DNA of 64,000 nucleotides from Mobula hypostoma (lineage: Eukaryota). The notes under the pieces were generated by a model. It saw only the letters and a program-made list of their open reading frames with translations. It was not told the DNA's origin and made no database searches. A program made the position numbers and the translations under genes. Below, piece after piece: positions 24,414 to 36,301 of this stretch. Within the stretch, counting starts at the first letter, position 1; every line of letters starts with the position of its first letter. The DNA lies in NCBI RefSeq assembly GCF_963921235.1, contig NC_086097.1:67334001-67398000 (forward strand), given 5' to 3'.

Positions 24414-24649
24414 GCGCCTCTTCCTATAGATGCTGCCTGGCCTGCTGCGTTCACCAGCAACTTTTATGTGAATCTATACATGTTGTTTTGTATTGAATTG
24501 CTTTCATCATTTATTTTCTAACTGGTATTGTACATTTTGTATTTAGAGACAGCAGCAGCTGTACTCCTCCTACATTTCACAAGAAACTAGCTCCTTCCAA
24601 GTGACCCAGGAAACAGTTTGCATTGAAAGGGAATCTGGCACATATGCAG

Positions 24650-27040
24650 ATTCAAAGTTCAAATTTAATTTATTATCAAGTACATGTATGTCACCATATA
24701 CAGCCCTGAGTTTCATTTTCTTGCGGGCATTCACAGAAAATATGAAAAAACACAACACCTAACAGGATGGACAAACAACCGATGTGAAAAGACAACAAAC
24801 TATGCAAATAAAATAATAATAATAATAATAGATAAATAAGCAATAAATATTGAGAACATGAAATGAAGAGTACTTGAAAGTGTGTCCTTAGGTTGTGGGT
24901 ACAGTTCAGTGATGGGGCGAGTGATGTTGAGTGAAGTTAAACCCTCTGGTTCAAGAGCCTAAAGGTTGAGGGGTCATAACTGTTCCCTCTCCATCTCTGA
25001 TTCCCCAATGAGGACGGGCTCATGCACCTCTGGTTTCTTCCTCCTGAAGTCAATAATCAGCTCGTTAGTCTTGCTGACATTGAGTGAGAAGATGCTGCTG
25101 AGGCAGCAACAATAATCTCCCTCCTATATGCTGGATCATCACCACCTTTGATACAGCCAACAAATGTCTGCTCGTCAGCAAACTTGAATATGGCATTGGA
25201 GCTGTGCCTGACCTTAAAGTCCCAAGCATAAAGTGAGCAGGAGAGCGTTCAACATATAGCCAGAAGTTGATATGTTTCATCACCACCTCTCAAAGCACTT
25301 CATTGCTGTGGGTCGGTGTTACTGGATGATAATCATTGAGGTAAATTACCACGTTCTTCTTAGGTTCTGGTATAATTGAAGCCTGCTTTCAGGAGTTGAG
25401 TACCTCAGTCTGCTGAAGTGAGAAGTTAAAGCTATCGGTGAACACTCCAGCCAGTTGATCAGCACGGGTCTTTAGTACTTGGCCTAGTACTCCATCTGGA
25501 CTAGATAGTTTCATGGTTTCATCCTCCCGAAGGATGCTGTCATGTCGGCCTCAGAGACTGAAATCACAGGCTCATCGGGGGCTGTGAAGTTTGTGAAATT
25601 TCTTCCTGTTTTGACAGTCAAAGCGAGCATAAAAGGCATTGAGTTTATCTGGGAGTGAAGCCTTGATGTCACCTATGTCGCTTGGTTTCATTGTGTAGGA
25701 GGTTGATGGAATTCAAGCCCTGCCACAGTTGTCGAGCATCATTTAGTGATTCAAGTTTGGTCTGGAATTGCTACTTCGCACGTGAGGTGGCTTTCCAGAG
25801 ATCATACCTGGACCTCTTGTATCTTACTTGGTCGCCAGAGCTGAACTCCACTGATCTGGCCCTCAGCAGGTTGTGGATCTCATGGTTCATCCAGGGCTTC
25901 TGGCTGGGAAACACTGAATGATCTTGTGGAGGACAGACTCATCCATGACTGTTTTATAAAGTCCATGACAAATGTGGTATATTCATCAAATCCTCTGATG
26001 AGGTCTTGAACATGGCCCAATTCACTGACTCGAAGCAATCCCATAGCTGCTCCTCTGACTCCTGCAACGACCTCTGTGTTGTCCTTGTCTCTGGAGCCTT
26101 GCACTTTGGCCACTGCCGACATGCAGATAGGAGGAGCGCAGCCAAATGATCAGACTTCCTGAAATGCGGTCTAGGCATGGAATGGTAGATGTTCCTAATA
26201 GCAGTATTGTAGTGACCAAGTGTGTTGGGACCCCTGGAGCTGCAAGTGATACAATGATAATAATTGGGCAGATATTTCTTCAAGCAAGCCTGAATGAAGT
26301 CCTTGACAGTGATTGGAAAGGCATCAAGGTAGGCTGTTTCTTGTTTGTTGATGGCAACACTCAGTACCTCGTGTGTCTACTTAATGTCAGCCTTTGGCGG
26401 TGTGTAAACCGTAGTAAGGATCATGGAGGAGAACTCTATTAGCAAGCAGAACAGTTGGCACTTAATCAGGTTGGGAGAACAAGAGAGTGACAAGACCGCT
26501 GCATCTGAGCACCATAAAGAGATTATCATGACACACAGATACATTCCTTTTGCCTTCACTGAACAGTAGTCTGATCCTTCCTGTGTATCATGAAGACCTC
26601 GGATTTTGCCAGCCTATCTGGCATGTCTGGAAAGAGCCATATTTCCATGAAACAGAGAATGCAGCAATTCCTCATTTCCTTCTGATACAGCAATCATGTC
26701 CTTGGGTCATTCTTGTTCTTCAGCGACTATACATTTGCTTACAAGATGCTGGGCAGAGGAAATTTTATGCCCCTTCGTTTTAGCCTGGCTTGGAGTTCTC
26801 CCCTCCTCCTTTTCTTTGGCTATGGTGATGTTCCTTCATTCATTTCAAGCATGCCTGGGAGTTAAGTCCGCTGAGTCCTTTGAAAAAATCATGAAATCAT
26901 TAGTTCGTAAAGACGGTTCAAAATTATGTTACTTAAAGAAAAATTACAGAATGAAGATTGTTGTGAGAGAAGTTCGGAAGAAGTACAAAGGTATATTTAG
27001 AAATTTTGTAATCTGCCCACGTTATTGTGGTTTATCAGCA
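24650..27040 (-). mobile_element. Decayed Rex1/Babar LINE with internal deletions, retaining the endonuclease region
   Basis: ILTTVYTPPKAD (26377..26559), PRPHFRKSDH…LWDCFESVNW (25954..26283); tail ttcaaagttcaaa at 24650. 5' boundary approximate. Confidence 0.75.
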
Positions 27041-29357
27041 CTATCTTGTTATGCACTTAGCTAGAAAGCCATGTGAGCAAAGACTTACTTTGTTGCCCAT
27101 TTTAAAAGGACAATGTAGCTGCAAATCATTTTGAGTCATTACAATTTTTAAAGCTAAAGTGTTGTTCAAGAAACAGAGGTTCTCATTATGAAGGAATTTT
27201 ATTGTTGTATAGTTACTTCCCCAAAATGTTTCACGATAATTTCCAGGAATTTGTAACTGGAGAGCTTCATGGAAATGTAAAAAGTCACGAACTGCACCAT
27301 GTGGTTTCCGCATGATGGACATGTGAATACCCAAGCATGATCTCATTCAGTATATCCTCTTACAGAAAATATTTAGGCATTAATTACACAGAAGCAAAGG
27401 GGAATAAAAGAGATTCATTACTGAAACATGCTGGTAGAAAGAACATGCCATTCCCTAGAACGAATACTTGTTTAAGTAGGTCTTGACCCTGTTTTTGTTG
27501 TTTGGGAAAAATGGTGTAGGGTAGAATGTCAAATTTCACTGAAGAAAATGTTAGTATGTAATTTCAATTAGATGTAAGCAATGCATTATCAAGTACATTA
27601 TTGAACATAATTCATCTAATTGTACTCTGTTTATAACATGACTATGCAGGATTGCAGGAATCAATTAATAATAAGATTGTAATTCATTTTTGAAAATTGT
27701 CCCAGAGATTAAACTTTGGGACTTTACAGTTATCCTTAGGAAAGACATTATCCAGTCATAAGATTTCTGGAGATCGCAGATTCCTCCCCCATTTAGCTCA
27801 ATGGATCTTTTCCCAGCTGCACATGGAGATAGCACAATTGAACTAAGCTTTTCTTCTCTCATTTCTTCTTAAACAGGGTTTTTAATGAATTCTTAGAGAG
27901 TATCTAAGAATATATTGAAACTACAAACTGCTTTAAATATTTTTATCATACCACTTTCTGTTTGGATGTTCAGCCAGACACAGACAACTGAAATTGGCAG
28001 CTTATTACTTCTTCAGAAGACGAAGCCTGAATTATACTCCGCTACACATGGTAGATGTATTATGTACACACAGTCTGGTGTGGCACTGTAATGTAGACAC
28101 AAATAGGTATGATATTCCACTTGAGTGTTGTGTCATGAACTAGGTGCCAGACAGGGGCATTCTTCTATCATTGCCCAGTACTGCATCAATGAAGATACAA
28201 GTTTGCATAATTCTGGGAACCACTGTGGGACTAAAAGCACAAGGAAATTTGGGAATTTCCCAGAAATCTCACAACCAAGTCAGCACAAAGAATGGACTAT
28301 ATGAATAATTAATATGTCTTAATTGTTTAAATTTGTTTTTTGTGTATGCTCCTTTCTGTCTTTGGATTCCCCAAATATTTTCTGTATGCTATCAGATCTT
28401 TTTTTGAGTCTGATTAGTCTTGTTTAAACAGATTTTTGATTAAAAATACAAGGCCCCGAAATCCACTGATTTCTATTTTGGTAGCTTTCACAGGCCTCTA
28501 GCGTAAAAATATTCTAAAGATCAACACCCTACGAGTGAAGAAGTTTCTCCTCATCTCAGCCCAAAACAGCTTATTTCTTATTCTGAATTTGTGACCTTGG
28601 TTCTAGAATCCTCAGCCGGAGGGATATCCTCCCCACATCCAGCCTATTAAGGCTTGTAAGAATTTTGTAAGTATCAATAAGATCTCCTCTCATTTGTTTC
28701 TATCTTATGTTTGCTAAGCTTGCTTTCTAAATAGCAACTGCCATTTGAAAAGTCACAAACAGTTGTAAGTAACCATTCAACCATATTTCTTTGTTTAACT
28801 TCTGGTCATAAATGGAAGTCAGTCCTCTTCTCTTGAAATGTAAATGCAAAGCACATTTAAGTTAAAAAACATTCTTTACAGAACAACTTTGCAAATACGC
28901 TCTGTATTTTGAAGACGCTTTGTCTGTAAAGAGTCACTGCACCTGCTTTATTATTCCTCAAGGAGTACAAGACAATGGGTTGTTTCAAACAGACAAGCTG
29001 ACCCCTAAGTTACTTAGTTCAAGGTAGCTTGCAGAGCAGATGGATAATATTATCTAGCATATCAATAACTTAGGCCATAGTTGGAAGACCTTCATGTACT
29101 CAGAAGCTAGCTTTACCACATTAATGGTTGTTTCTAAGATCTATGTTTTCTGCAACAGACAATTTGTTTGTCTGTATCTTTGGTATGTCTTTTAAGTTTA
29201 TAGAAAATTTATCTGTGTTTTGGAAATCTTAAAACCTTCATGTTTGAGCTATGCTTTGTACTTTGTGCTTCAGAAATGGTTTGTAATTGGGAAATGTTTA
29301 AGATCGAATACATCTGTGGGTTTTAAATTTGTTTTAAGAGTGTTGTGTGAAGTTAAA

Positions 29358-30300
29358 TAGTCATAGTCATAGTCATACTTTATTGATCCCGGGGGAAATT
29401 GGTTTTCGTTACAGTTGCACCATAAATAATAAATAGTAATAGAACCGTAAATAGTTAAATAGTAAGATGTAAATTATGCCAGTAAATTATAAAATAAGTC
29501 CAGGACCAGCCTATTGGCTCAGGGTGTCTGACCCTCCAAGGGAGGAGTTGTAAAGTTTGATGGCCACAGGCAGGAATGACTTCCTATGACGCTCTGTGTT
29601 GCATCTTGGTGGAATGAGTCTCTGGCTGAATGTACTCCTGTGCCCACCCAGTACATTATGTAGTGGATGGGAGACATTGACCAAGATGGCATGCTACTTG
29701 GACAGCATCCTCTTTTCAGACACCACCGTCAGAGAGTACAGTTCCATCCCCACAACATCACTGGCCTTACGAATGAGTTTGTGATTCTGTTGGTGTCTGC
29801 TACCCTCAGCCTGCTGCCCCAGCACACAACAGCAAACATGATAGCATTGGCCACCACAGACTCGTAGAACATCCTCAGCATCGTCCAGTAGATGTTAAAG
29901 GACCTCAGTCTCCTCAGGAAATAGAGACAGCTCTGACCCTTCTTGTAAACAGCCTCAGTATTCTTTGACCAGTCCAGTTTATTGTCAATTCGGATCCCCA
30001 GGTATTTGTAATCCTCCACCATGTCCACACTGACCCCCTGGATGGAAACAGGGGTCACCGGTACCTTAGCTCTCCTCAGGTCTACCACCAGCTCCTTAGT
30101 CTTTTTCACATTAAGCTGCAGATAATTCTGCTCACACCATGTTACAAAGTTTCCTACCGTAGCCCTGTACTCAGCCTCATCTCCCTTGATGATGCATCCA
30201 AATATGGCAGAGTCATCAGAAAACTTCTGAAGATGACAAGACTCTGTGCAGTAGTTGAAGTCCGAGGTGTAAATGGTGAAAAGAAAGGGAGACAAGACAG
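29358..30300 (-). mobile_element. Fairly young 5'-truncated Rex1/Babar LINE inserted in the putative 5' LTR
   Basis: ORF 29729..30295 SPFLFTIYTSD…QKFSDDSAI…LNVKKTKELVVD…YKYLGIRIDNKLDW; (tcatag)n tail at ~29360. Confidence 0.9.
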
Positions 30301-30370
30301 ATGTGCATCGTTGTAAATAAATGAACTGCTTTAAACTATTTTGTTAGCTGGAAGTATCTTTCCTTGGTAG

Positions 30371-30570
30371 GGAGAGGGGACCCACTGTTTGAATTGTGGG
30401 TATTGGCAGCTAAACTCACCATGGAGAATAAACAGGGACGTCTTTGAAGATTGGGTTGTTACAGTATAATCTCCCTCTAGTGAGAGTAAATGTGGCTATT
30501 TATATCCCATAGGGCTTAAAGTCTTTGTTTGAGTTTAGAATTTGTGGTTAGCAAACCCAATATCATCACA
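30371..30570 (+). repeat. 3' part (R/U5-like) of the 5' LTR
   Basis: Roughly 80-85% identical by eye to 32494..32702; AATAAA at 30427; ends in CA. Confidence 0.85.
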
Positions 30571-30572
30571 TT

Positions 30573-30590
30573 TGGCACCCAAAGTGGTCA
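30573..30590 (+). promoter_or_regulatory. Primer-binding site, tRNA-Lys(1,2)-like
   Basis: TGGCACCCAAAGTGG begins 2 nt after the LTR's CA and matches TGGCGCCCAACGTGG at 13 of 15 positions. Confidence 0.75.
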
Positions 30591-30763
30591 CATTATACCA
30601 AAAGTATTATTTTAGAAAAAAAATATTGTTTAGCAGCAGTCCAACTGAGAGAGCTTTTTACAAGTGCTACGGCACCCCATCTAGTACTATAAAATGGTCG
30701 ACATCTGGGTTCCCAGCAGTTGTGCAGACAAATGTTGGCTGATGATATGAATGTGTTAATAAA

Positions 30764-31698
30764 ATAGCAGAAATGTGTTATAATACCCCCACTGCTCCTC
30801 AAATTGAACATGATGAATATTTAATTTAGTCGGAGACTAAAATGAAGAAGAGGAAGGGTTTGAACAGAGTAGGAAGTGGATTAGACAGATCAAACTCTGT
30901 GGTATGGCCTGCTGGACTCAGACCATCACTATTTGTACCAGATCCCAACAATGTAGCAGTAATTCATACCTGGAGACAACAAATTGGCCCTTTTTTTAGA
31001 TAGAAACCAAACACATGGGCAGAGACCACATACTTATGTGACAGAAACTGATGACACATATCTTAATTCTGATGCACGGGGTATCATGTATCATTAAAGG
31101 CACACATAAGGTAGCGCCAACATCAGTAAATCCTACAGGTGCTAATGATGCCCGGAGAACAGACGTTTGGAAACATGCACTAGAATTGCTAAAATATTTG
31201 ACTATCGCCAGTAAAAGAAGAATACAGGGACCTATTCCTATAAAGGGAGCTGCTGCATTTTCTGCAGTACAACCTTCTCACCAGGTTTTTGGACCTTTGA
31301 CTATTCAGAGTTTGCAAGCAGTGTGTCCCACACCTCTAGATGATGCTGAAGGAATTCTGAAGTAGCTGCTTCTGAATGCTGGGAGGTTTCAGACCTTCTG
31401 GGCCAGTCATAGTTCCCACCACATTCAGCAATTCTTATTAATGTTATTTCCTACAACCTTGGTACTACCTCTACATCAGCGTGGAAATCCAGGTCAGATA
31501 TATGAGTGGATTTATAAACAAACTAATGGTGGAGATGTACACTGAGGACATAGTACAGAATTAAGTAAAATAGTTGAAAGCCAGTGCTCAGTAACAGCTT
31601 GTAGGATGGGAGGCCAAATGGCAAGGGCAGACTGGGAGCTAGTTCATTCTATATCGTTACCCCTTTATCCCCTTAACCACGTGTGGAATAGCCCTTAA
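30764..31698 (+). pseudogene. gag: Foamy-virus-like gag remnant (capsid region recognisable ~31285..31670)
   Basis: The frame of ORF 31051..31365, read through two stops, gives LTIQSLQAVCPTPLDDAEGILK*LLLNAGRF…IYKQTNG…LSKIVESQCSVTACRMGGQMARADWELVHSI. Prototype foamy virus Gag as I recall it: [31 protein letters not shown]…LFIRTHG…IKGIVDQEGVATAYTLGMMLSGQNYQLVSGI. Start and end uncertain. Confidence 0.8.
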
Positions 31699-32269
31699 TC
31701 AACACCCCATCCATGAATGATTTCAGGTTGTCGAAGTGACCCTATGCACCTTCATGGTGGTGACTTTCCCACACATGAGTAACGAGATGCCAGCACAGGA
31801 TCCCTCCCTTTCCTTCTAAAGGGCATATGGGGTTAGAAATAATGTCACCAAACTAACGTTATTCCTCCGGTCGATCTCATTCACAGTGTTCTCCTACACC
31901 AGCCGCTCAGCAGGGAAGATGTAATCAACAACGCAAGCAAGTTTCCTGGAGACCATTAGCCTCAGGCTGATATATTCACTCACAACCTAGATGGCTAGAT
32001 GCTAGCTCTAGGCCATGACCTTTACCTGCAGCCCCTTTCTTTTTGGAATAAAGTCCTAGACTAAGATACTCCTTCTCAGACAAAGGGAACTTTCAGAGGC
32101 CCCATCCATATGAAGGGGAAGAGCATGCAACTGAGCACATGCCATGAGGCCTCATCCTTCACCCTCTAAATATACAAAGTGATAGGGTCTATCCCAAACA
32201 TCCACCCCCTACCTGCAGCTCAATGAAAACAAAATGTAAAGAAAAGAAGAGTTAATGTAATATAAACTG

Positions 32270-32514
32270 CACAGGAGAATTTTTGCAACAACTCTATTCA
32301 AAATGCTCCATCTGGCGAATGGAGTACAGTCCTTTTCATATGCCAAAGCTCGTATGTTGGCAAAATTTGAACCTGCCGTTTTGATACTGCAACCGTCATT
32401 ACAAAAAATGCTGTATATATCTTGCATAGATCTGTCCAATGGCTTCTCATCACACCCACTCGAAAGTTCCAGACAGAGGCTTCTCCTTGACATGGAGAGG
32501 GAACCCAGCATGTG
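32270..32514 (+). pseudogene. pol: Foamy-virus-like pol (RT) fragment
   Basis: YISCIDLSNGFSSHPL (32414..32461) then, after a frameshift, FSLTWRG; compare foamy RT YKTTLDLANGFWAHPI…TAFTWQG. Confidence 0.75.
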
Positions 32515-32702
32515 AATAGTGGGTATTGGCAGCTAAACTCACTGTGGAGAATAAACAGGGAAAGTAACTAGTCTTTGAAGATTGTGAAGTTACGGTATAA
32601 TCTCCCTTTAGCGAGAGTACTCATGGCTATTTATATGCAATAGGGCTTAAAGTTTCCATCTGAGTTTAGGACCTTGCGGTCAGCAAACCCAATACCATCA
32701 CA
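32494..32702 (+). repeat. Remnant 3' LTR (R/U5-like part only)
   Basis: Direct repeat of 30371..30570, ending CATCACA and followed by CR1 sequence. Confidence 0.85.
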
Positions 32703-33225
32703 AAGGAAGCGTAGTCTACTTAGTCTTTCCTCGTTGATAAACCTACCAGTCCTGGATCTAGTCTAGTGAATCATTGCTGCATTCCCTGTTTGACAAGGAC
32801 ATCTCTTCTTCGATAAGAAGAACAAAAAATGTGCACAGTACTCCAAGTATGGTCTTCCAAAGGCCCTTTACAATTACAGTGCACTTTCTTACTCCTATAT
32901 TCAAACCTTTTCTGCAACATATCACCCGCCTTCCTAATTATTCTTTACTCTTGCATGTTGACTTTCAGAGACTTGTATACAGGCACGATTTGGCTTCTTT
33001 ATACATCAACACCACCCAATCTCTCACTGTTTAACAAGTACTCTGCTTTTCTCTTTTGTCACCAATATATATGACTCTAAGATTTTATGCATTAAATTAC
33101 ATCTGCCATATTCATGCCCAATCACTTAACTTGTCTATAGTAGACAGTATCCCCTTGAAACCTCTCCACATCCATCTGCAACCGCGTGATTTCACCTAGT
33201 TTATATCTCCAGAAAACCTGGAAAT

Positions 33226-34698
33226 AAGACCATAAGCCACAGCAGCAGAATTAGGCCATTCAGCCCATTGAGTCTGCTCTGCCATTCCATCATGTCTGAT
33301 CCCGGATCCCATTCAACCACATTCATCTGCCTCCCCTATATCCTTTCGAAGCTCTGACCTATCGGGAAACTATTGACTTCCGCTTTAAATGTACCCACAG
33401 ACTTGGCCTTCACCACAGTCTGTGGCAGAGCATTCCACAGATTCACTACTCTCTGGCTAAATAAATTCCTTCTTGCTTCTATTCTAAAAGGTTGCCCCTC
33501 AATTTTGAGGCTGTGCCCTCTAGTTCTGGATGCCCTCACCACAGGAAACATCCTCTCCACATCCACCCTATCTAGTCCTTTCAACATTCGATAGGTTTCA
33601 ATGAGATCCCCTCATATTCTTCTAAATTTCAATGAGTACAGGGCCAAAGCTGCCAAATCCTCGTCATATGTTAACCCCTTCTTTCCCGTAATTATCCTCA
33701 TGAACCTTGTCTGGAGTCTCTCCAATGACAACACATCCTTTCTGAGATATGGGACCTAGAACTGTTGACAATACTCCAAGTGCGGTCTGACTAGTGTCTA
33801 ATAAAGCCTCAGCATTATCTCCTTGCTTCTATATTTGATTCCCCTTGAAATAAATGCCAACATTGCATTTGCTGCCTTTACCACAGACTCAATCTATAAA
33901 TTAACCTTCTGGGAGTCTTGCACAAGGACTCCTAAGTCCCTCTAGACCTCTGATGTTTGAACCTTCTCCCCATTTAGATAATAGTCCGTACTATAGTTCC
34001 TTTTACCAAAATGCATTATCATACATTTCCGACTGTATTCCATCTGCCCCACTTTTGCCCATTCTTCCAAATTGTCTAAGTCCTTCTGCAATCACGTTAT
34101 TTCCTCAGCACTACCTACCCTCCATCTATCTTCATATCATTCGCAAATTTTGCCACAAAGCCATCAATTCCACTATTGAAATATTTGACAAACAATATGT
34201 AAAGTAGCAGTCCCAATACTGACCCCTGAGGAACACCACCACGAGCAGCCAACCAGAAAAGGCCCCCTTTATTCCCACTCACTCTTCCTGGCTGTCAGCC
34301 ACTCCTCTATCCATGCCAGTATCTTTCCTGAAATACCACAGGATTTTGCCTTGTTGAGCAGCCTCATGTGTGGCACCATATCAAATGCCTTCTGAAAATC
34401 CAAGTTAATGACATTCACTGCCTCTCCTTTGTCCACCCTGCTTGATACTTCCTCGAAGAACTCTAAACAGATTTGTTTTGCAGGATTAGCCTTGACAGAA
34501 ACCATACTGACTTTGACTTATTTTATTATTAGTCTTCAAGTACCCTGAAACCTCATCCTTAATAAAAGACTTCAACTCTTTCTGAACCACTGAGCTTAGG
34601 CTAACTGGCCTATAATTTCCTTTCTTTTGTCTTTCTCCCTTCTTAAAGAGTGGAGTGATATCTGCAATCTTTCAGTCCTCCAGGACCATGCCAGAATA
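33226..34698 (-). mobile_element. 5'-truncated CR1 LINE
   Basis: EFFEEVSSRVDKGEAVNVINLDFQKAFD and TRGHSLKIEG…FSQRVVNLWNALP; tail agaccataag. Confidence 0.9.
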
Positions 34699-34705
34699 TG
34701 ACATA

Positions 34706-36301
34706 CAGTGTCTATAAAAAGTATTCACCCCTCCACCACCAGAAGTTTTCATGTTTTTTTGTTTTATAACATTGAATCACAGTGGATTTAATTTGGATTT
34801 CTTTTGACACTGATCAACAGAAAAAGACTCTATCATATCAAAGTGAAAATAAATCTCTACAAAGTGATCTAAATTAATTACAAATATAAAAACATAAAAT
34901 AATTATTTACATAAGTATTCACCCCTCTTCAAGGCAGTATTTAGTAGATGCATCTTTGGCAGGAATTACAGCCTTGAGTCTGTGTGGGTAGGTCTCTATC
35001 AGCTTTACACATCTGAACACTGCAATTTTTCCCATTCTTCTTTACAAAACTGCTAAAGCTCTGCCAGATTGCATAGGAATCATGAGTGAACAGCCCTTTT
35101 CAAGTCCAGCCACAAATTCTCAATTGGATTGAGGTCTGGACTCTGACTTGGCCACTCCAGGACATTAACTTTGTTGTTTTTAAGTCATTCTTGTGCACCT
35201 TCGGCTTTATAATTGGGGTCATTGTTTTGCTGGAAAACAAATCTTGCAGACTGCATTAGGTTTTCCTCCAGGATCTCCCTGTATTTTGCTGCATTCATTT
35301 TACCCTCTATCTTCACAAGCCTTCCAGGGCCTGCTGCAGTGAAATATCCTCACAGCATGATGCTGCCACTACCATGCTTCATGGTAGGAATGGTATGTTC
35401 TTGATAATGTGTGGTGTTTGGCTTACGCCAAACATAACATTTAGTCTGACAGCAAAAGAGCTCAATTTTGGTTTCATCAAACCATAGAACCTTCTTACAG
35501 CTGCCTTAAGAGTCTCCTACATGCCTTCTGGCAAACTCTAGCTGAGATTACATGTGAGTTTTTTTCAACAGAGGCTTTTCCTTTGCAACTCTGGCATAAA
35601 GCTGTGACTGGTGAAGCACCCAGGCAACAGTTGTTGTAGGTGCAGTCTCTCCCATCTCAGCCACTGAAGCTAAGAGTTGTTATAGGTCTCTTGGTGATCT
35701 CCCTCACTGGTCCCCTTCTTGCATGATCACTTGGTTTTTGAGGACAGCCTGCTCTAGACAGATTTATAGCGGTGCTATATTCTTTCCATTTCTTCATGGT
35801 TAACTTAACTGTACTCCAAAGGATATTCAGTGACTTGGAAATTTTCTTGTATCCATCTCTTGACTTGTGCTTTTCAATAACCTTTTCGCAGAGTTCTTTT
35901 GGCTTCCTGGTATTGTATTTGCCAGGATATTGACTCCACCAGCAGTTGGACCTTCCAGATACAGGTGTATTTTTACACAATATTTATTGAAACACCTTGA
36001 CTGCACACAAGTGATCTCCATTTAACTAATTATGTGACCTCTAAAACCAATCGGCTGTGCCAGTGATGACTTGATGAGTCATATTAAAGGGGTGAATACT
36101 TATGCAATCAATTATTTTGTGTTTTATATTTGTAAATAATTTAGATCACTTTGTAGAGATCTGTTTTCACTTTGACATGGAAGAGTTTTTTTAATGTTGA
36201 TCGGTGTCAAAAAAGCCAAATTAAATCCACTATGATTCAATGTTGTAAAACAATAAAACATGAAACTTCCAATAGGAGGTGAATACTTTTTATAGGCATT
36301 A
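34706..36301 (-). mobile_element. Near full-length Tc1 transposon with long IR/DR-type TIRs, TA TSD and a decayed transposase
   Basis: TA|cagtgtctataaaaagtattcacc … ggtgaatactttttataggcatta|TA. TIRs are ~220 bp with aagtattcacccc repeated inside. Transposase remnants KVIEKHKSRDGYKKISKSL and [17 protein letters not shown]. Confidence 0.92.

Larger units (their letters stand above)
22986..24470 (+). mobile_element. 5'-truncated Penelope-like element (RT C-terminus, GIY-YIG endonuclease, 3' pLTR region)
   Basis: Open frame includes YIDD at 23019..23030 in frame with ORF 23052..24086 (LPFLDL, YYKPTDSHSYLDY, GVIYCVRC…YIGET). Confidence 0.93.
28695..32702 (+). mobile_element. Endogenous foamy-virus-like provirus, internally deleted (5'LTR, PBS, gag, partial pol, partial 3'LTR)
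   Basis: Direct repeats 30371..30570 and 32494..32702, each with AATAAA and ending CATCACA. PBS follows the first repeat. Gag and RT remnants match foamy virus motifs. The left boundary is inferred from the interrupted CR1; no TSD seen. Confidence 0.8.
28465..33225 (-). mobile_element. Old CR1 copy split by the provirus (pieces 28465..~28694 and 32703..~33225)
   Basis: Left piece ends …aataagatctcctctcatt; right piece resumes …tagtctacttagtctttcctc…cacagtactccaagtatggtc. These are nearly contiguous in the other CR1 copies in the window. Confidence 0.7.

Noticed and set aside
19824..24521. Many overlapping short ORFs such as MPGGRSVGRDGG, MAFYILARPD and MSEWEWDVELK
   Set aside because: They are alternative or antisense frames of the three Penelope copies and recur only because the DNA is repeated.
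28830..29195. Exon of the putative host pseudogene
   Set aside because: It lies inside the interval that splits the CR1, so it more likely belongs to the provirus LTR.
32494..32501. GGAGAGGG as the foamy polypurine tract
   Set aside because: It also occurs within the 5' LTR copy and here encodes the RT TWRG motif, so it is better explained as the deletion microhomology.
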